A DNA stretch of 64,000 nucleotides from Malacoraja senta (Eukaryota), in NCBI GenBank assembly GCA_038087875.1, contig CM075980.1, forward strand, positions 10,416,001 to 10,480,000. Direction: 5' to 3'. A program made the translations under genes and the position numbers. A model generated the notes under the pieces. That model was not told the origin of the DNA. It saw only the letters and a program-made list of their open reading frames with translations, and made no database searches. Below, in pieces: positions 37,101 to 49,700 of this stretch (the stretch's first letter is position 1; the number at the start of each line of letters is the position of its first letter).

Positions 37101-38961
37101 CGACTTTGCAATTACCTCCTTTGTGTATTGAATTTCAGCTTGTACATCCAAACCTTCCTGTTGTAAATAAATGAATGTCCAGTTTGGTGTATTCTTTGTG
37201 GGTGGAAAACGAATTGGGAAGGAATTTGATTTCGAACCCTTGTATGCTGCGCAGTCTAAACGGATCTGATGTTATCCAACGCTATTCATTCAAAACAAGT
37301 GTAATCTCCCACCAACTTGTAACTGACCCACACACCCTATGTTCCAGAAAGAACCAGACCCACCTACCTCCATGGTTACTGGTGGATGTATGGTTTCTAT
37401 ATCCGCCCCTGAGGTTTTGGGGGTAGGGCTGGTGGAGTGCGTGAACTGCGCATCTTCGACGAGGGCCGGCCTGGGCCTTGGCCTAAAAAAGACCTGCGCA
37501 GAATGTTCAGCCTTCCTGCTGATGGAAGCGTAGTGGTGCTGCCGCCGGAATGATGATTCGCTTGTCGATGGAGTCTTTATCAGCCAGACAGCTTTCGCTT
37601 CTTCATCCAGGTCCGTGACCTGCTTCAGCAGATGTTCTCTCAACAAAAAATTCGGCGGTTGTACAATTCTGGCCCTGCACAGTCCCGCAAACTTGGAGTT
37701 CAGGGCAGGTCGGATGCCATTTTTACGAAATTAGTTAATTTCAAAATGTGCGTCGCACATTAATGCCAGGGCATCCTGTTGCACATCAGACAAGGGACCC
37801 CCATCCACAGACCGGGCGAAGGCCGTGATGCCTGAAGCCAGCAAAGTCAGGATTCTCTGGAGCTTCATCTCTTGGGCTTTGATGCCCCCTTCGATGTAAC
37901 CCCAGATAGAGCTGTTCCCAGCTGGCACGTTTAGTGAAGCACAATTAGCAGGTGTGTGGTACTTCATAGTTGTTTCCACCATTACCTGTTCCTGGAGCTG
38001 GCGCGATGCGAGGTAGTAATGCTCGTAGCTAATTCCTCACCCAGCGGCTCCCCTATTTGCGAGGGTATCGCAACATTGATGTCATAGCAGGCAATTTTGC
38101 TTCACGCACCTCGTGCATCCTGGTATGCACTCTGGACATACCTCTGAACTCACACACTTCCGAGTTTGGAGTCAGTCATCCACTGACCCCTGGCACTCCC
38201 CTCCACAGAGAGGGAGATTAGTAAGCAGCCCTGAAACAGATGCTACCGCAGGCCCCCGAGGAGACCTGCGTTGATATGGCCCCGTTCCATGGACCATATC
38301 AGGATGGAGCATCACCGTTGTGAGATGAACGCCCGAGGACGCTATCCATGCTCCATCTGGGTTAAACGTCCGAGGACATATCCATGTATAATCGGAGGGG
38401 AACCCTCCTGGCCTGGCTCGTCCCAGCCCAGGCCTCTCCGACTCCGTTTGGCTGCCCACCTTTTTGGGGCTGTCGAAGTCGGAAGTCGCTGACCGTACTG
38501 TCAACGACTCGGGTAGCGAACCCGACGGCCATCGGCTACCCACACTTCCGCAGTCTGTAGCCGGTTTCCCCGCGGTCTGTAGTTTCCCCGCGGCCCGTCC
38601 GGACTCTCGGAAGTCGCTGACAGCACTGTCAGCGACAGGTAGCGAACCCGACGGCCACCCGCTACCCACACTTCCGCGGTCCGTAGCCGGCATCCCCGCG
38701 GTCCGTAACCGGCTTCCCCGCGGTCTGTCCGGGTTTCGCCCCGTAATTCAATGTCCAGCAGGAACTCTGCAAAAGAGATTCCTGCAACAAAGGACAACCT
38801 GAAAAATAAGTTCGAAAACGTACCTGCAGGATTTTGAAACTTACCACTGGAGGAGCGACGCGCCTGCCAGCCTGTCGTGCGCCATGCGTTAGACGTATTG
38901 ACGCGCATGCGGGCTGGCGGGCTTCTTCACGTAGTCACTCACGTGACTCTGAAGTAAAATA
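34155..38961 (-). mobile_element. DIRS1-type tyrosine-recombinase retrotransposon with both ends (gag, RT, RNase H, methyltransferase-like, YR; decayed)
   Basis: Termini arranged A-B ... A'-C ... B'-C', with a perfect 79-bp IR at 34155-34233/34379-34457. YR motifs AQRVQSL, HSTRAA and GWS...FY..P; MT-like HFPPFCL and WPTQPWFP; RT remnant YLDD at ~36775; gag QEMKLQRIL. Confidence 0.95.
38481..38712. repeat. ~128-bp tandem duplication inside DIRS gag region, with short CCCCGCGGTC subrepeats
   Basis: GGAAGTCGCTGAC..GGTAGCGAACCCGACGGCCA..GCTACCCACACTTCCGC at 38481 and 38609. Confidence 0.85.
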
Positions 38962-39556
38962 ACAAGTTCACAAGTTATAGGAGTAGAATTAGATGTTCGG
39001 CCCATCGAGTCTCCACCGCTTTCAATCATGGCTGATCTATGACTCCTGATCCCATTTTCCTGCCTTCTCCCCATAACCTTTGACACCCGTTCTAAACAAG
39101 AATTTGTCCATCTCCGCCTTAAAAATATCCACTGATCCACATCAAAAATATCATAGGAAGCAACACAGAATGGCCGAAATTGAAGCTCCGGATTCAATTT
39201 ACGGACTGAGTACAGGTGCTCCATTAACCAATGCATGTTTCCCCGTATGTAAAGAAATGTTTACTGTGAACACAAAACTGGTAGAGTCCTATGATCCCTG
39301 GACGGTAGGAAGACGGTAAGAGGTAAAAGCACAGGCGATGAATAATTCAATTGCAATGGTAATTGGAGAGGCAGGGCTCCATATCGTCGTCAGCTTTTCT
39401 TCTGATCATTGTAGCTACCCTCCATGAGGGGACGTTACATGGCAGCTAGCAATCGCCCTTCATATAACTGCCGCATCTGAACAATACCACACCCCCTGCG
39501 CTTCTCCTCAAAAATCAAATTTCAGGAACACAGCTTACTTTGAAAACTGGAGATCA

Positions 39557-40229
39557 AAGTGGTTAGCGACTAGTGAATGGATGATCGCGGGACACCGCAG
39601 TCACATCCTGATCATTTTCCTTAAAGGCCTGTCTCACGGGTATGCGGTTACTGGCGGCTACTGGCGGTGAAGCAGGAAGTCGGGACCGCTCGTGGACCGC
39701 GGGGTCGGTCCCACGCACACCGCCGGGACCGTGCGGTGTTGGTCCCAACACCGCACGGTGCTCACAAAAAGTCGACAACGTTCAAAAATGTTGTCCTACC
39801 GCACAGCCGCCGCCAGTGCGGCACGAGCACCGCCACAGCCGGCGCCAGTGCGGCACGAGCACCGCCACAGCCGCCGCCAGTGCGGCACTAGCACCGCCAC
39901 AGCGCCGCGAGCCAAATTGACATCATCGCGTAGCGCGTTGCGTTGCGCGATGACGTCTTCACCCGACGCCGCGCGACATCCATTCCAGTCGGCCCGTGGG
40001 ACAGGCCGTGCTGTGACCACCCGGCATACGCGCGGCAACAGCTTCCGGTAAGGTTTCATTTTTTACTTACCGCAAGCTCGTGGGACCGGCCGTACGGAGA
40101 TCACTCGGCCCCCGCGCGGCATCCGTTTGGCGCTCCCGCGGCATACGCGCGGCGCTCTCCGCGGTTGCCGCGTGGTCCCCGCTTCCGGCGACACCGCGCT
40201 TCAACCTCACTCTGCCCCGGCTTCACTAT
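39557..40229. mobile_element. GC-rich 673-bp insertion flanked by 6-bp direct repeat AGATCA; internal PIF/Harbinger-like TIR pair, perfect hairpin and 32-bp tandem repeat
   Basis: AGATCA at 39551-39556 and 40230-40235, single GGATCA in the paralog. GGCCTGTCTCACGGG 39626-39640 vs CCCGTGGGACAGGCC 39993-40007 (14/15 inverted match). 15-bp stem 39728-39759. 32-bp unit x~3.3 at 39802-39903. Confidence 0.6.
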
Positions 40230-40446
40230 AGATCACTATTTTACCTTCAGTTACGTGAGATTCATCATTAATGAAGGACTTTATAAGAAGCATTCGAGAA
40301 ATCCATATAAATAATATCCATAGACATTCCCCCGTAAATTACGTTGGCATTATTCGAAAATCCAATCTGGTTCATCAGTCATGTCATGCCTTTAAAAGCC
40401 CACGCTGAAAAAGTTGAATATGTCAAATTGTTCCATCTTCAATTAT

Positions 40447-41654
40447 TTTTTTTTATTTTTTTTAAATTTTTATTTATTAGAAGTACATTACATTACAACC
40501 ACATACATTAATACTCGTCATTTATATCTTCTTACAATTAATGTACTCCCTTTATTTATTTTTTTACACTAGAAAAAGAAAAGATTGAAAGAGAGAAGAA
40601 AGTGAAGGAAAAAGTGCAAGTGTAGAAAAGTGTAGAAAATGAAAAGAAAAAGAGTTAAGAAATAGGCCCTAAGAAAAGAAAAGAGAAAAAGAAAAAAAGA
40701 GAAACAAATGTTTTTTTTTTGAGCATCACGTAAATAGGACATACCAACTCTTCAACTATCATCCCCCCTTACCTGACCTCAATTTTTTTATTTTTTTTAA
40801 AGTACTTTTGCACCCTATGTTTGTAATAATTCTATAAATGCAGACCACGTCAGGTGGAAGTGATCTGGTTTACCTGCTAGGAGGAGTCTTATCTCTTCTA
40901 GGTGTAATGTTTCAAACATATTTGAAATCCACATATTTATAGTTGGTATTGGAGCCTTCTTCCAAAATTTTAGAATTAGCTTTTTTCCAGTTATTAACCC
41001 ATAGTCCATTAATTTCTTTTGAAACACATTTAGTTCTGGATCATCTTCCGTTATTCCGAAGATAATCCATTCTGCTTTGGGTATCAGTCTTGTTTTAAAT
41101 AACTTTGTAAAGATTTCAAAAATTTCATTCCAAAATTTTTGAATTTTTGTACAGAAGACAAATGAGTGCGCTATAGTTGCTTCTTGGGATTGACATTTAT
41201 CACAAATAGATGATACGTTTGGGAAAATTTTATGAATTTTAGTTTTCGAATAATATAATCTATGTAAAATTTTAAATTGTATTAAAGTGTGTCTTACATT
41301 AATCGAGCATTTATGCACGTTTAATAAGTATTCATTCCAACTTTCCTTTGAAATTTTAATAGCTAACTCTTGTTCCCAGTCTCTTCTGATACCCTCCGTA
41401 GATGGTATTTGTGCATTTAAGATAATATTATACAAATATGATATTAAGTTTGCTGATTCCGCTTTTATCTGCATTGCCTCGTCCAGTACATCTGCTGGGT
41501 TATTATGATGATCTTTTGTATATTTTTTCAAATAGTCGCATATTTGAAAGTATTTAAAATATTGATTATTTCCGAGTTTATATTTTATTTGTAATTGTTG
41601 AAATGAAAGTAATTTTCCAGTTTCATACAAGTCACCAAGCGTTTTAATTCCTAG
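40447..41654 (-). mobile_element. 5'-truncated young L1/Tx1-clade LINE (intact ORF2 C-terminus + 3'UTR)
   Basis: Open ORF 41630-40815 with HRLYYS..CDKC..H.FVFC; 11-bp TSD TCTTCAATTAT at 40436-40446 and 41655-41665; poly(A) tail. Confidence 0.93.
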
Positions 41655-41710
41655 TCTTCAATTATAAACACATTTTTCCACCCACTGAAAATTAGTCGGT
41701 GGAAAATTGA

Positions 41711-41950
41711 GAGCGACACGGTGGCGCAACGGTAGAATTGCTAAATATGGAGTCAGAGACCCGTGTTCGTTCCTGACTACGGATGCTGTCTGTATTGGAG
41801 TTTGAATGTTCTCCCTGTGACCGGTGGTCCTCCGGTATAACAAAGATATGCAGGATTGTAGTTTAATCGGCTTCTGTACATTGTCCCTAGTTTGTAGGAT
41901 AGAAGTAGTGTACCGGTAATCGTGGCCAGCGCGGAATCCGTGGGCCGAAA
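41711..41950 (+). mobile_element. HE1-like tRNA-derived SINE
   Basis: A box TGGCGCAACGG, B box GTTCGTTCC, core TTCTCCCTGTGACC and GTAGTTTAATCGGC. Confidence 0.8.
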
Positions 41951-42251
41951 TAGAAACATAGAAACATAGAAAATAGGTGCAGGAGTAGGCCTTTCGGCCC
42001 TTCGAGCCTGCACCGCCATTCAATATGATCATGGCTGATCATCCAACTCAGTATCCTGTACCTGCTTTCTGTCCATACCCCCTGATCCCTTTAGCCACAA
42101 GGGCCACATCTAACTCCCTCCCAAATATAGCCAATGAACTGGCCTCAACTACCTTCTGTGGCAGAGAGTTCCAGAGATTCACCACTCTCTGTGTGAAAAA
42201 TGTTTTCCTCATATCGGTCCTAAAAGATTTCCCCCTTATCCTTAAACTGTG
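41951..42251 (-). mobile_element. Young CR1 3' end, near-identical to 59418-59720
   Basis: (ATAGAAAC)n tail; ORFs 42025 and 59495 share MIMADHPTQYPVPAF..KDFPLILKL. Confidence 0.92.
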
Positions 42252-42929
42252 CCCATTTCCACCCTATATCTCTAAAACTAAAAAAAAAACGAAAGATGTT
42301 CGGACGACTCAGCAAATTATTACTGCTATCCCGCTTTTAGTTTTTTTTTTAAAGTAGTATACTGACATGTGCAATTCTGCCAATGAAATATGTGTTGCCG
42401 AGACTGAAAGAACATTGAAAGATTGCAGTTGTATCAACAACACTCTTAGATCCTCACTCTATAAAGCCTAGGATGGAAATCATTTAACCATAGAATATTA
42501 TCTTTCTTTAGCATTAAGACTCGTTTGATAGATGCCTGTATTCAAGTTGTGTGGTGGGACTACCTACAGATAAATAACAATACTTTCTTCCGGAGAAACA
42601 AATTAGACGATTCTAATTTGAAGAAGGGTTTCGGCCCGAAACGTTACCTATTTCCTTCGCTCCATAGATGCTGCTGCACCCGCTGAGTTTCTCCAGCATT
42701 TTTGTGTACCTAGACGATTCTAACGTAGTGTTGGTGCGCCATCTACTGGGATATATGTGTAACTACAGTTCCAGAGCAAACAAAAACGGAAAGAGGAACT
42801 CAGTGGGTCAGGCAGCATCTGTGTAGGGCACACTTTATTACAATTCCATTTCCGGCATCGTAGAGGGGAAAAAACCAACATTTCCAGCGTTTACTTTATT
42901 TCACGCTTGTTCATTTTATGATAAGTTTT

Positions 42930-45420
42930 CATCTACAATTTTAGAGGGAGAAGGGTAAATCGGAGGTGTCAGTATTACAGTTGAACAAAGGGGACTCTGG
43001 AGCTATGAGGGAGCAGCTGGCCAAAGTTGACTGGAAAGATACTCTAGCAGGGATGACAGTGGAATAACAATGGCAGGTATTTCTGGGAATAATACTGAAG
43101 TTGCAGGATCAATTCATTCCAAAGAGGAAGAAAGAGTCTAAGGGGAGTAAGGGGCGACCGTGGCTGACAAGGGAAGTCAGGGACAGTATAAAAATAAAAG
43201 AGAAGTATAACATAGCAAAGATGAGCGGGAAGCCAGAGGATGGTGTCGCTTTTAAAGAGCAACAGCAGATAACTAAAAAAGGCAATATGGGGAGAAAAGA
43301 TGAATTACGAAGGTAAGCTGGCCAGGAATATAAAGGAGGATAAATACTTATTTAGGTATGTGAACAGGTTAAAAAATAGTTAAAACCAAAGTTTGGACCA
43401 TTGAAGACTGAAAAAGGTGAATTTATTATGGGAAACAAGGAAATGGCAGACGAGTTGAACAGGTACTTTGAATTCGTCTTCACTAAGGAGGACACAAACA
43501 ATCTCCCTGATGTACTAGTGGCCAGAGGATCTAGGGTGACTGAGGAACTGAAGGAAATGCACATTCGGCAGGAAAGGGTGTTGGGTAGACTGATGGGACT
43601 GAAGACTAATAAATCCCCAGGGCCTGATGGTGTGCATCCCAGGGTACTTAAGGAGGTGGCTCTGGAAATCGTGGACGCATTGGTGATCATTTTCCAATGT
43701 TCTATAGATTCAGAATCAGTTCCTGTGGATTGGAAGGTAGCTAATGTTACCCCACTTTTTAAGTAAGGTGGGAGAGAGAAAACTGGGAATTATAGACCAG
43801 TTAGCCTGATATCGGTGGTGGGGAAGAGTCAATTATAAAATATGAAATAGCGGCACATTTGGATAGCAGTAGCAGGATCGGTCCGAGTCAGCATAGATTT
43901 ACGAAGGCCCATCAAGGCCCATTAGTCATGCTTGACTAATCTTCTGGAATTCTTTGAGGATGTAACTAGGAAAATGGACAAGGGAGAGCCGGTGGATGTA
44001 GTGTACCTGGACTTTCAGAAAGCATTTGATAAGGTCCCACATATGAGATAAGTGGGCAAAATTAGAGCACAAGGTATTGGGGTTAGGGTGCTGTCATGGA
44101 TAGAAAATTGGTTGGCAGACAGGAAACAAAGAGTATGGATTAACGGGTCCCTTTCAGAATGGCAGGCAATGACTAGTGGGGTACCGCAAGGCTCGGTGCT
44201 GGGACCGTAGTTATTTACAATACACATTAGTGATCTAGATGAAGGGATTCAAAGTAACATTAACAAATTTGCAGATGACACAAAGCTGGGTGGGAGTGTG
44301 AACTGTGAAGAGGATGATGTGAGGATGCAGGGTGATGGACAGGTTGGGTGAGTGGGCAGATACATGGCAGATGCAGTTTAATGTGGATAAATGTGAGGTT
44401 ATCCACTTTGATGGCAAAAACAGGAAGGCAGATTATTATCTAAATGGTATCAAGTTGGGGAAAGGGGAAGTACAACGGGATCGGGGGGGGGGGTCCTTGT
44501 TCATCAGTTACTGAAAGTAAGCATGCAGATACAACAGACTGTGAAGAAAGCGAATGGCATGTTGGCCATAACAAGAGGAGTTGAATATAGGAGCATAGAG
44601 GTCCTCCTGCAGTTGTACAGGGCCCTAGTGAGATAACACCTGGAGTATTGTGTGCAGTTTTGGTCTCCAAAGTTGAGGAAGGACATTCTTGCTATTGAGG
44701 GAGTGCAGCATAGGTTCACGAGGTTTATTCCCAGGATGGCTGGACTGTTATATGTTGATAGAATGGAGCGGCTGGGCTTGTATACTCTGGAATTCAAGAC
44801 AAGAGTCAAGAGTCAAGTCAATAGTGTTTTATTGTCATATGTCCCAGACGGGACAATTAAATTCTTTTTTGCTGCAGCACAACAGAATATGTGAATATGT
44901 AAACATTGTATATAACGGGGGGAAAAAGAAAAAGTTCAATAAATAACAAATATAGTGCAAATAACAAATAATAATATAGACTAATTTTGAAGGATGAGAG
45001 AGGATCTTATTGAAACATATAAGATTATAAAAGGTTTGGACACGCTGGAGGCAGGAAACATGTTCCTGATATTGGAGGAGTCCAGAACCAGGGGCCACAG
45101 TTTAAGAATACGGGGTAAGCCATTTAGAACGGAGACGAGGAAACACTTTTTCACACAGAGAGTTGTGAGTGTGTGGAATTCTCTGCCTCATAGTGCGGCG
45201 GAGGCTGGTTCTCTGGATACGTTCAAGAGAGAGCTAGAAAGGGCTCTTAAAGATAGCGGAGTCAGGGGATATGGGTGAAGGCAGGAACGGGATTGGGGAT
45301 GATCAGCTATGATCACATTGAATGGCGGTGCTGGCTCGAAGGGCCGAATGGCCTACTACTGCGCCTATTGTCTATTGGCTATTATCTATTGTCCTGCACC
45401 TATTGTCTATTGTCTAAAGA
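42930..45420 (+). mobile_element. 5'-truncated CR1 LINE with a nested ~200-bp minus-strand LINE tail at ~44790-44985
   Basis: KSPGPDGVHPRVLKE, YRPVSL, DFQKAFDKVP, PQGSVLG, FADD and IETYKIIKGLD; (ATTGTCT)n tail at 45365-45415. Confidence 0.93.
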
Positions 45421-46743
45421 GAACACGATTGATTTAGAAAGTAATGCTTAATTTAACAATAAACCGCAATGTAAATAAACGTCGGAGCAGTTGGAGATCA
45501 GTTGAAATCTATGTTATTATCACGCTCTGATAATGACCCTTCCGCGTTATACAGTGTGTCGACCATGTATCGAACACTCTCGGCGGAAGCGTTGAGCTGG
45601 TATCAGGAGAAAGGACAAATAAAGTTTTTTATTGTCCTGAATACCTGGGATACCAATGGATTTAAGAAAGGAAACGAGTTTTTATTGTAACTGGTCTGTG
45701 ACTCACGGCCCAGATAGCCTAGTTCAAAACTTGTTGCCACTAAAATGACCAAACTATCCCAGGATAAATAAACATGTACAATGCATGCTGGTGTTACCTT
45801 CTGGCATCTAGATCCCGAGAATAAATTCAATGTATTTATATTAAGTTCCTGTTTAATAGCACAGTAGATGATGAAGGATGATCAAAGTTTTCGATAAATA
45901 TCCCCAGTCTGCTTTATTTGAAGAGCAAAATTCGTTCATTGAATCTTCTTCCAATGGCACTTGGGATGAATCGACAGAACAAAAGGTTAGCTGTTCCGGT
46001 TAGGTTGAGGGTGCATGAAGGTATCAAGCTTTTAATGTAATATTGATAAGAAATCCTTTCTCTGCCTTAAGCACAAAAAGCTGGGCCAAATAACCAGTCT
46101 GAAATATGAGATAGATTTGTCACGTCTTTGGCATTATTCCTCTACAACCCCAATTGATCGTTGGTGCAACACACTGGACAAGAAGCTGCCTGCAAACAAA
46201 TTGTTATGCAACCCATACATTCCATTACATGATTTGAATCCCATATCACTTTGCAGCTTGCAATTAAATTATGTCCTTAAATGGTAATGCACATAAAGCA
46301 TTTATTTCAATAGATCACTTTGAAACATCTTAAAAGTATTCCTGTAGTTATGTCGATATCAAGTGGACTATTACAAACTAAAAGGGAAGTTATCAAGTAG
46401 GAATATATTTCCCGTATAAATTTCTAACATTGATGCACAATAACTGGTAGACCAGATTAGTGTGGAAACGTTAGGATTAGATATGTTATATTTATGAAAT
46501 AATGTGGAGCCCTTTGGTTAGGATGTAGGATCAATCAAGGTCTCATTGAGTGGAATAGTTGGTTTAATAATCTAAAGTACCTCGTCCCATTTCTTTCACA
46601 TTAGTTGGGGCAATATTCTTTGCCAGTCAAAGAATATTGCCAAATGTTATCAAGTGTTCTCAAGAATATTATCAAGTGTTACTTTTAATCAGCGATACCA
46701 GCGTAGACAGAATTGCCATAAGTGTTACATCAGGGAAACTACA

Positions 46744-49700
46744 TATTTTACTTCGGAGTCACGTGAGTGACTACGTGCAGAACCCCGCCAGTGCGCCTGC
46801 GCGTCATTACGTCAGACGCCTTGACGCATACGGACGTGAGGAGCAGAGCTCCTCTAATGGATTTGTCGTTTTTTAACTACAAGGTAAGTAAAAACTTTTT
46901 TCAGTATTTTCAGGTCCGTTTACTGTGGGTCTGTGGGGATTTTTTCCACAGACGCCATGGGAAAAAACGGGCAGGGGGAAGAGGCGAGCGACTCAGCAGA
47001 CAGAAAGTCGGGAAAGTCGAGAGTCTGCGGTTAGCGACCAACCGCCCCTAACCCCGGTATAGTCGCCAGCGGTGAGCATAGCGACTGTGGACCTGGGGCA
47101 GTCAGCGCCTGTCGGGCGCAAGGCCAAGTTCAAATTGAAACGGGCCACGGAGGAGGAGTCCCAGGAAATGGAAATGGAAGAAGCTCCAGGGCTAGATACT
47201 GCTTTTTAAGCGTATTGCCCAAATGGAAAGCCTGCTACATAGGCTGTTGGAGCGAAGCACACTCAGGTAAGAGTGTACTGAAATCCAAGCTGCTGAAAAC
47301 AACTCAACAGCTCCTGGTAAAGGGCTGATAAAATGCACCCTCAGGGATGAGGAGCGTGCCACGGGTCATGAGATTTCAGACCCCGACTCTGATGGTGAGG
47401 CTGTACAAGGCGAAGAACGGCAGCTGCCAGATGTTCATTCCCTGGCAGTACGATTTGCTGCCCCGTCAGGGTCAGGAGAGCCATTAGGAGAAGAATTGGC
47501 CTCCCTAATAAATTACTTGGTTTCCCATCAGCTGGAACAGCAGGAGATGGATGAGAATGCAAGAAAATATGAGTTGAGTATGAGAACTCAAGAATTGAAA
47601 TTGCAGAGAATATTAAAGCTGCTGGGTTCTGGAATAACTGCTTTTGCCAGAATAGCGGATAAAAGCCAAGAGATGACGGAGTTGCATCAGGAAGCACTGG
47701 GGTTGCTATGCAGCACCCACTTCGAGATCAATTGTCTGAGGAAAGGTGCTATACGGCCTACTATGAATCCGAAATTCGCAGCACTCTGCAAACCAAGTAA
47801 TGTACAATTACCCAACTTACTCTTTGGAGAGGATCTCGGGAGACTATTAAAGAGTTGGAAGATGATGCGAAAACAGGATTGATGAAAACATCAATGGTTG
47901 TAAAGTCTGTAAAGAGGAAGTATCCTTTCAGACATCATACGGATCCTGGACCAGGACCAAGTCGCTCATTAACGCAGGGACGTAGCTGGCGGCCTGCAGC
48001 GGGAGCAAGAACCAGTGGGGGTGCTTCCGGGAGAATCCAGGGCTCTCAGAGTACTCAAGTGACTCAAGAGGTAAGTGGACCTGGTTCTCATGGGAACATA
48101 CTAACTGGATTAAGTCCAAAAGTTGGAGGCAGATTACGTCTCTTCAATAACAATTGGAAGAAGATTACTTCAGATGTGGTAATTCTGAATAAAATTCAAG
48201 GATTTCGAATTGAATTCAATCCAAATTATGATTTGCCTGTTCAGCATGTTCCTAGCAGAACTCTCCACTTTGCACAAAAAGAAGTGATGGAGGTTCAAGC
48301 TGCACTTCAAACCCTATATATAAAAGGTGTTATTGAAGAATCAGTCTACCAAATTCACCAATTTGTGTCAAATATATTCCCTCGATCAAAAAAGGATGGA
48401 GGATGTAGGATTATTATAGACTTGACAAGTCTGAATCCTTTTGTTCAAGTTAGACATTTTAAAATGGAGACATTTGTACTGCCAAACAACTTATCTCAGA
48501 AGCATGTTTTATGGCAACTATAGATTTAAAAGATGTATATTATTCAGTGTCTGTTCGCTTGGAAGATATGAAGTATCTTAAATTTACATGGATGAACCAG
48601 TTAGGGCAGTTCAAAGCTCTGCCTAATGGGTTAACGTCTGCTCCCAGAATATTCACAAAATTGTTAAAATCAATTCTGGGGTTGCTAAGAAGCCAGGGGC
48701 ATGTACTAATGGCATACTTGGATGATGTCCTGATTATAGGAAGGACAAAACAGTCAACAGAAGCATCTGTTGCAGTTGTGAAATCAACTTTTGAAAGTTT
48801 GGGATTTTCTAAATTCATCCAAAGAAATCAAGGTTAACAACATGTACCTCGATTGATTATTTGGCGTTCACAATTGATTCAGCCCAAATGAAAATTACTT
48901 TGCCCAGTGAAAAAAGGGTGGAGTTGATTAAAGATTGCAGTAATCTGTTAAAGGAGCAAGACCCTTAATCAGACAGGTGGCTCGAGTACTGGGGAAATTA
49001 GTAGATTCCCAGCAGTCCAGTATGGACCATTACATTATCAACAGCTGCAGCGAGTTAAACAACAGGCACTGAGAATGAATGCTGGTCATTTTGATAGAAC
49101 CATGCAATTAACAACAAATGCTGTTTCTGATCTGCAGTGGTGGATTCTACATGTCTCAAGCAGTTCCAGCAAAGTGCTGATTGAACAACCTTCCATGATA
49201 TTACAAACTGATGCCAGTGCACTAGGATGGGGTGCAACTGACTTAACATCTAGCTGCGGAGGCAGATGGAATCAGGAAGAGTCATTGTTACTGCAGACAT
49301 GGGGAATTAACTATTTGGAGCTTTTAGGGTGTTTCTATGGACTCCAAGCTTATTGTTCTAACACAACTAAAAGGCATGTTCAAGTTCAAATTGATAAACA
49401 CAACAGCCTATATTAATGATATGGGTGGAATTAAGTCGGTGTCATGTGACAAAATGGCTAATCAACTTTGGTCTTGGTGTATTGAAAAGAACATTTGGAT
49501 TTCAGCTATCTATCTACCAGGTAGAATGAACACGATAGCAGACACCAGGTCACGAAAGTTCCATGATAATAAAGAATGGATGTTGAATCGAGAGGTATTC
49601 AATGATATAGTAATCAGATTTGGAATGCCCGACATCGACTTGAATCATCAGCTATCGAGAAAAGTCTCATGGGAACCAGATCCAGGAGCAGTGGCGATTG

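Larger units (their letters stand above)
28227..39556 (+). repeat. Segmental duplication, copy 2 (contains the DIRS insertion and a 32760-34150 block not found in copy 1)
   Basis: See copy 1. The last shared block ends at AAAACTGGAGATCA (39556) versus AAATTGGGGATCA (9062). Confidence 0.92.

Noticed and set aside
39802-39903. Regular ~32-bp repeats as a CRISPR array
   Set aside because: Head-to-tail tandem units with no unique spacers, no cas genes, and a vertebrate context.
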